Shown in pieces: positions 60,801 to 64,000 of a stretch of DNA of 64,000 bases. Within the stretch, counting starts at the first letter, position 1, and each line of letters opens with the position of its first letter. Both the position numbers and the translations under genes were made by a program. Under the pieces are notes generated by a model. It saw nothing but the letters and a program-made list of their open reading frames with translations, was not told the origin of the DNA and did no database searches. The stretch covers positions 248,001-312,000 of the forward strand of contig NW_020846166.1 of the NCBI RefSeq assembly GCF_003704095.1. The letters run 5' to 3'. Source of the DNA: Pocillopora damicornis (lineage: Eukaryota).

Positions 60801-62318
60801 GTTAGAATGAAGAATAAATTGGATTCACTTTGACAAAGGCTAAACTAAGGTATATAAATTTGCATTTTGAAGTTTGATACCTCTCTGGTGTCTGCAGCTG
60901 ATCCAAATCATCCACTGTGGGAACCTGCTCGCGAGACTCCTGCCTGGCAGTCTCGGCGCGGTCTTCAGCAAGCTTGAGAAAGTAGCGAATGACATCTTCA
61001 AGAGACGCAATATTAACTTGCTGGCAAATTAGTTTGTACTGGTACAGCCCTTCTTTAGCTACATGGCTTCGCTTGAGATCAACACACAGCTCCAAGTACT
61101 TGAAAAGAATAGGCTCATGAATCTTGTTCTGCCATGTGCGATGCTTCTTGCTTTTAATGACATCATACAATGCATCCAAAGCTGGTTCTTTCTTTCCAAC
61201 TTCAATAAACTCTGGATATGTGGGATTTTGAAAAAAAGCATATAACTGTTACCATTGGTAAGATAATTATGGAGATTTATGGACTATATGACTGTTTGAG
61301 GATTGTGTTGTATCTTGCAATCAAAATGTTGCATACTGCAATTACACATTTTATCAGAATTACTTTTCAGAATGACCACGGTACTCCTATGTTGTGATGA
61401 TATGCACTGTTACCATATTAATGTCAAAGTCAGAATAAATGCGCTTCTGAACATATTTTTTACCCTTTTCAAGCAGGCAACAAACACAGCTGGTCAAGAG
61501 CAAGTAATTGTACCAGAATAATTAAAAAAAATATTCTCTTTCTCAACCAATCAGCATTCAGCCCTGTACATGATAAGATGCCAAGAGCTTTTTCCTTGTT
61601 CAGAAAATTCAATACTAAAAGTAAATGAGCCACCTGCTTCCTTCAAAACCTTTTGAAAAAGCAATTCCACGGTTAACACAGGTTCAAATGTGATAAAAGG
61701 TTGGTAATCCTTGGTCAAAGCCGAGGGAGAGGTCACTCCAGACAGCCGAGTAAAATTTAGATTAATAATTATAAATTTAACAGCTATAGCGATTTTCGTC
61801 TTATAGGTACGTTAAGGGCGGCTATTTTCAATTATCTGTATGATATGTATGTAGATAATAATAACAAATGTACGACCTTAGATACACTTTAAATAATACG
61901 TTTTAATACGGTTTTAGTGGTACCAGCAAAATCACGTGGTTAATATTACATTCACTGAAGTACACGTATAAATTCGATTTGAAAGCGAGAACTCTTAAAG
62001 GACGGCAAAGAAACACGTACGAATAGAAAAAAATGAGTCGTTAATAAATTAACCACGGGTATAATTCATAACGATTGTGCCCATGGTTTCACCGGCGATG
62101 TTATAAATGAATCAAATAAAATTTACCAAGCCTGTGCGCTGGTGAAATCGGCCACACAAAGGATTATAATACTGTACAATATTTCCCTTTAGCTGCTTTA
62201 GAAGCCTTTAAAACAGGTTTAAGATAAACTATGAAAGCTGATGGCGAATGTACAATCGATAGTTCTTACCGTTCGCTCTTTTAAGAGCATTTTCCGGTCG
62301 CTGAAAGTAGACCGGCAT
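45875..62318 (-). CDS. EIF3A: Eukaryotic translation initiation factor 3 subunit A, 22 exons
   Basis: Exons 62318-62270, 61211-60881, 60191-60028, 59919-59861, 59470-59330, 59071-58863, 58216-58045, 57544-57347, 56952-56836, 56447-56355, 55982-55890, 54854-54717, 54066-53857, 52549-52445, 50219-50106, 49842-49720, 49056-48903, 48540-48304, 47557-47315, 46883-46788, 46633-46037, 45966-45875. Starts [18 protein letters not shown]; [13 protein letters not shown]; D/R/G-rich repeat tail; ends DGWTTVQYK. Confidence 0.96.
46290..46515 (-). repeat. Coding minisatellite, 15-bp unit encoding GRDDR
   Basis: Tandem units such as GGACGGGACGACCGT / GGACGCGATGATCGT in the eIF3a tail exon. Confidence 0.9.
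49393..49610 (+). mobile_element. MITE family A copy (diverged)
   Basis: AACCCTTCAACTCCTAAGAGCGAC...AAGGTCACGAGAA...CTGATGTT...GAAGGGTT. Confidence 0.6.
50504..51627. mobile_element. DNA transposon-like element with a TA|CCGTA terminus, running toward the gap
   Basis: TACCGTAAA terminus with subterminal inverted ATAAGCCGCAC / GTGTGGCTTAT. The right end is not visible, so the extent is uncertain. Confidence 0.4.
51628..51727. other. Assembly gap (100 N)
   Basis: N run. Confidence 1.
53290..53378 (-). ncRNA. Box C/D snoRNA candidate, copy 1 (eIF3a intron 13)
   Basis: Box C ATGATGA (53373-53367), C'-like ATGAGGA, box D CTGA (53298-53295), 79 nt from C to D; external stem CTTGCTGT/ACAGCAAG; guide ACCACCCATAG next to box D; close paralogue at 55372-55450. 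Confidence 0.8.
55004..55195 (+). mobile_element. MITE family A copy (diverged)
   Basis: GGTCACGAGAATGAAGGAA...TGTATAGAGA..AGTATGG...GCATACT...GGTTAA. Confidence 0.6.
55367..55455 (-). ncRNA. Box C/D snoRNA candidate, copy 2 (eIF3a intron 11)
   Basis: Box C GTGATGA (55450-55444), box D CTGA (55375-55372), 79 nt; perfect 10-bp external stem CAGACTTGCT (55357-55366)/AGCAAGTCTG (55455-55464); same guide as copy 1. Confidence 0.82.
55486..55560 (-). ncRNA. Possible third, degenerate box C/D snoRNA
   Basis: ATGATAA (imperfect C), CTGA (D'), GTGAGGA (C'), CTGA (D); ACCAGCTACT before D' is complementary to a conserved 28S motif (AGUAGCUGGU). The box C mismatch falls on the critical GA. Confidence 0.3.
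56706..56851. repeat. Tandem duplication (74-bp period) spanning an eIF3a exon end and donor
   Basis: Two near-identical copies of AAATCAGTTCACyGATCAGAG...CTAAAGCATACCTGAAGTTCATTCTGT starting at 56706 and 56780. Confidence 0.9.
57590..57775 (+). mobile_element. MITE family D copy
   Basis: CCAGAAGTGATTAACAT...GAGAATACTCAAAC...ATGTGTAGCAG. Confidence 0.65.
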
Positions 62319-63645
62319 GATTAAACACGTCGTCCTTTCCAACCTCCTTCGCCAAGAATCGAAGAGAAGTGACCGAACTGCGTTATGGTCTGGATTTTGC
62401 CTCGTTTTCAAAACATGTTCCCTACACGCGCGAACACGCGTGACGGAGGCGCGTGTTTCCACTTACGTGGCTCAGGTGTTCACTCCAGGAGCACACAAAA
62501 AACAAAGAAACGAATTAATGTTGCAAAGACGTAATCAAAGGACTGAGACAGAGGGATTTCGGGAAGCATTCGATCATTTCTTCACTCCAGATAAAAGGCA
62601 TTGAGTAAGCTTGATCACTGAAGATATTGTGAAATTCTCAAACTCGTTCACAAGGAAGGAAAGCAGAACTCCTTGGAAACAAAACTTGGTGTCTTGTGGT
62701 GTTACATAAAAGTAAACGGTACGGGACACAAAACTCTTAAATCAACGACTGGTCGAGAAAAAAAAAACACTCGATTTCCGGCTGCCTACCCTGTCTCAAA
62801 AGAACACAGCAGTCAAACGTTAGGCATGCGCAAAGGCATCAGTTTTTGCCGCCCTCCCGCCAGTCTCCTGTGCAAATATTTATAGGAAAACACAAGAAAC
62901 AACAGATTTCTCGCAAAAAAGCGCAAAAAATTATTGAAAAACTCAGAAATTTGTGAAACGGCTCAAAAGTAAGGAAAAAGAAAACTCAAAATGCTCGTAC
63001 TCGCACGTTTAGGAGTAACGCTCGACAAGGGTAGTTGTTATTAAGTGGGAAAAGACTATTTGGTGACAACGTATTCAGTTACCCGAATAAGTAAACGAAA
63101 GCCTCGCTAATTTGAAGCTTGAACATGCTAGCTTATTTGTTCGAGAACACTAAGCGAACAGTTTTGCGAGGACAAAGCTCTAAGAAAACTGTGGTCCTCA
63201 AGAAACGCATGATAATGTCGGTCCAGGGCAGAGGTCAGAGCTCATAATCCATCGAATATTTTCACTCGTGTGCGATTGGTTGCAACATGGCAGGTGGCCG
63301 AAACGCTCAAGCGAGCGACAGTCACCAGTTTTTCAAAATGGATTAACACTTCGTTGCAACAACCATTTCGACGCTACTCTGTTTGCAACCGTCTCCTTAC
63401 GAGCGCAACCAAAGACACTTTAAGGATTCCAAAGGTTTTATTTGGCTTGAAAACAGATGAAGTCGAATTTTTATCCCTGCATACTTAGAGCTTTGTTTTT
63501 ATTCAGGATGGTGTCCATCCGCCAGTGAAAGAAAAGACCTAAGGAAGTATCACCCTTGTTTGGTGGGAAAGGCGAAAGTATCAGGCTGATGAAGCCATAT
63601 TTATGGCGATTAGGACCGAAATAAACATTTCCCCTTGCTCAAACC

Positions 63646-63745
63646 NNNNNNNNNNNNNNNNNNNNNNNNNNNNNNNNNNNNNNNNNNNNNNNNNNNNNNN
63701 NNNNNNNNNNNNNNNNNNNNNNNNNNNNNNNNNNNNNNNNNNNNN
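63646..63745. other. Assembly gap (100 N)
   Basis: N run. Confidence 1.
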
Positions 63746-63913
63746 ATGTAGAGGAAATGGATTGGAGCGTGGGCCAGATTATGGCCACAGTGGAGAAACT
63801 TGGTTTGAGAGAAAACACATTTGTGTATTTCACATCTGATAATGGACCTCACTTAGAAGAAGTTAGCAACACAGGTGAATACCATGGTGGCTGGAACGGG
63901 ATTTTCAAAGGAG
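63746..63913 (+). CDS. Internal exon of an arylsulfatase/steryl-sulfatase family gene (partial)
   Basis: Frame from 63748 reads [38 protein letters not shown]....[14 protein letters not shown], then a GTAAG donor. The 5' part is lost in the gap. Confidence 0.85.
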
Positions 63914-64000
63914 GTAAGACTGTAAAATCAGAAGATATTAGCCAAAAGCTAAGTACTAAGCGAGAGAAAAACTCTTCTTCGATTTTTCAAGACATATTCT

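Noticed and set aside
61388-61456. GTGATGA...CTGA with a short terminal stem on the + strand
   Set aside because: Antisense to the eIF3a host intron, only about 57 nt from box C to D, no convincing guide or paralogue.
63586-63611. CTGATGA followed by a GCCATA/TATGGC stem, hammerhead-like
   Set aside because: The required GAAA is GATT and no stem I or III could be found.

Overview
Eukaryotic, intron-rich, AT-rich animal DNA with four assembly gaps. The gene set and repeat families suggest a cnidarian, probably a stony coral (inference). Genes in order: the terminal exon of an unidentified gene (+); a PGC-1/PPRC1-family coactivator (-) head-to-head with a 14-exon mitochondrial release factor MTRF1L (+); two tandem intronless Mab-21/cGAS-fold genes with degenerate active sites (+); a C10orf88/PAAT homologue (-); an intronless CHMP4 (-) head-to-head with NAAA (+); an orphan class A GPCR (-); a 22-exon eIF3a (-); and one arylsulfatase exon (+). 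TTAA-flanked MITEs and other small repeats are dense. The most interesting signal lies in two different eIF3a introns. Each carries a copy of a box C/D snoRNA followed 62-63 nt later by a branch-point motif, an AG-free tract and a fused AG|GTAAGA site. This looks like a recursive-splicing (or poison-exon) module built to release the snoRNA. Other highlights: the Mab-21 pseudo-enzyme pair, a CRE array inside a coding insertion, and tandem donors that could read the C10orf88 last exon in two open frames. All exon models were derived by eye and are untested.
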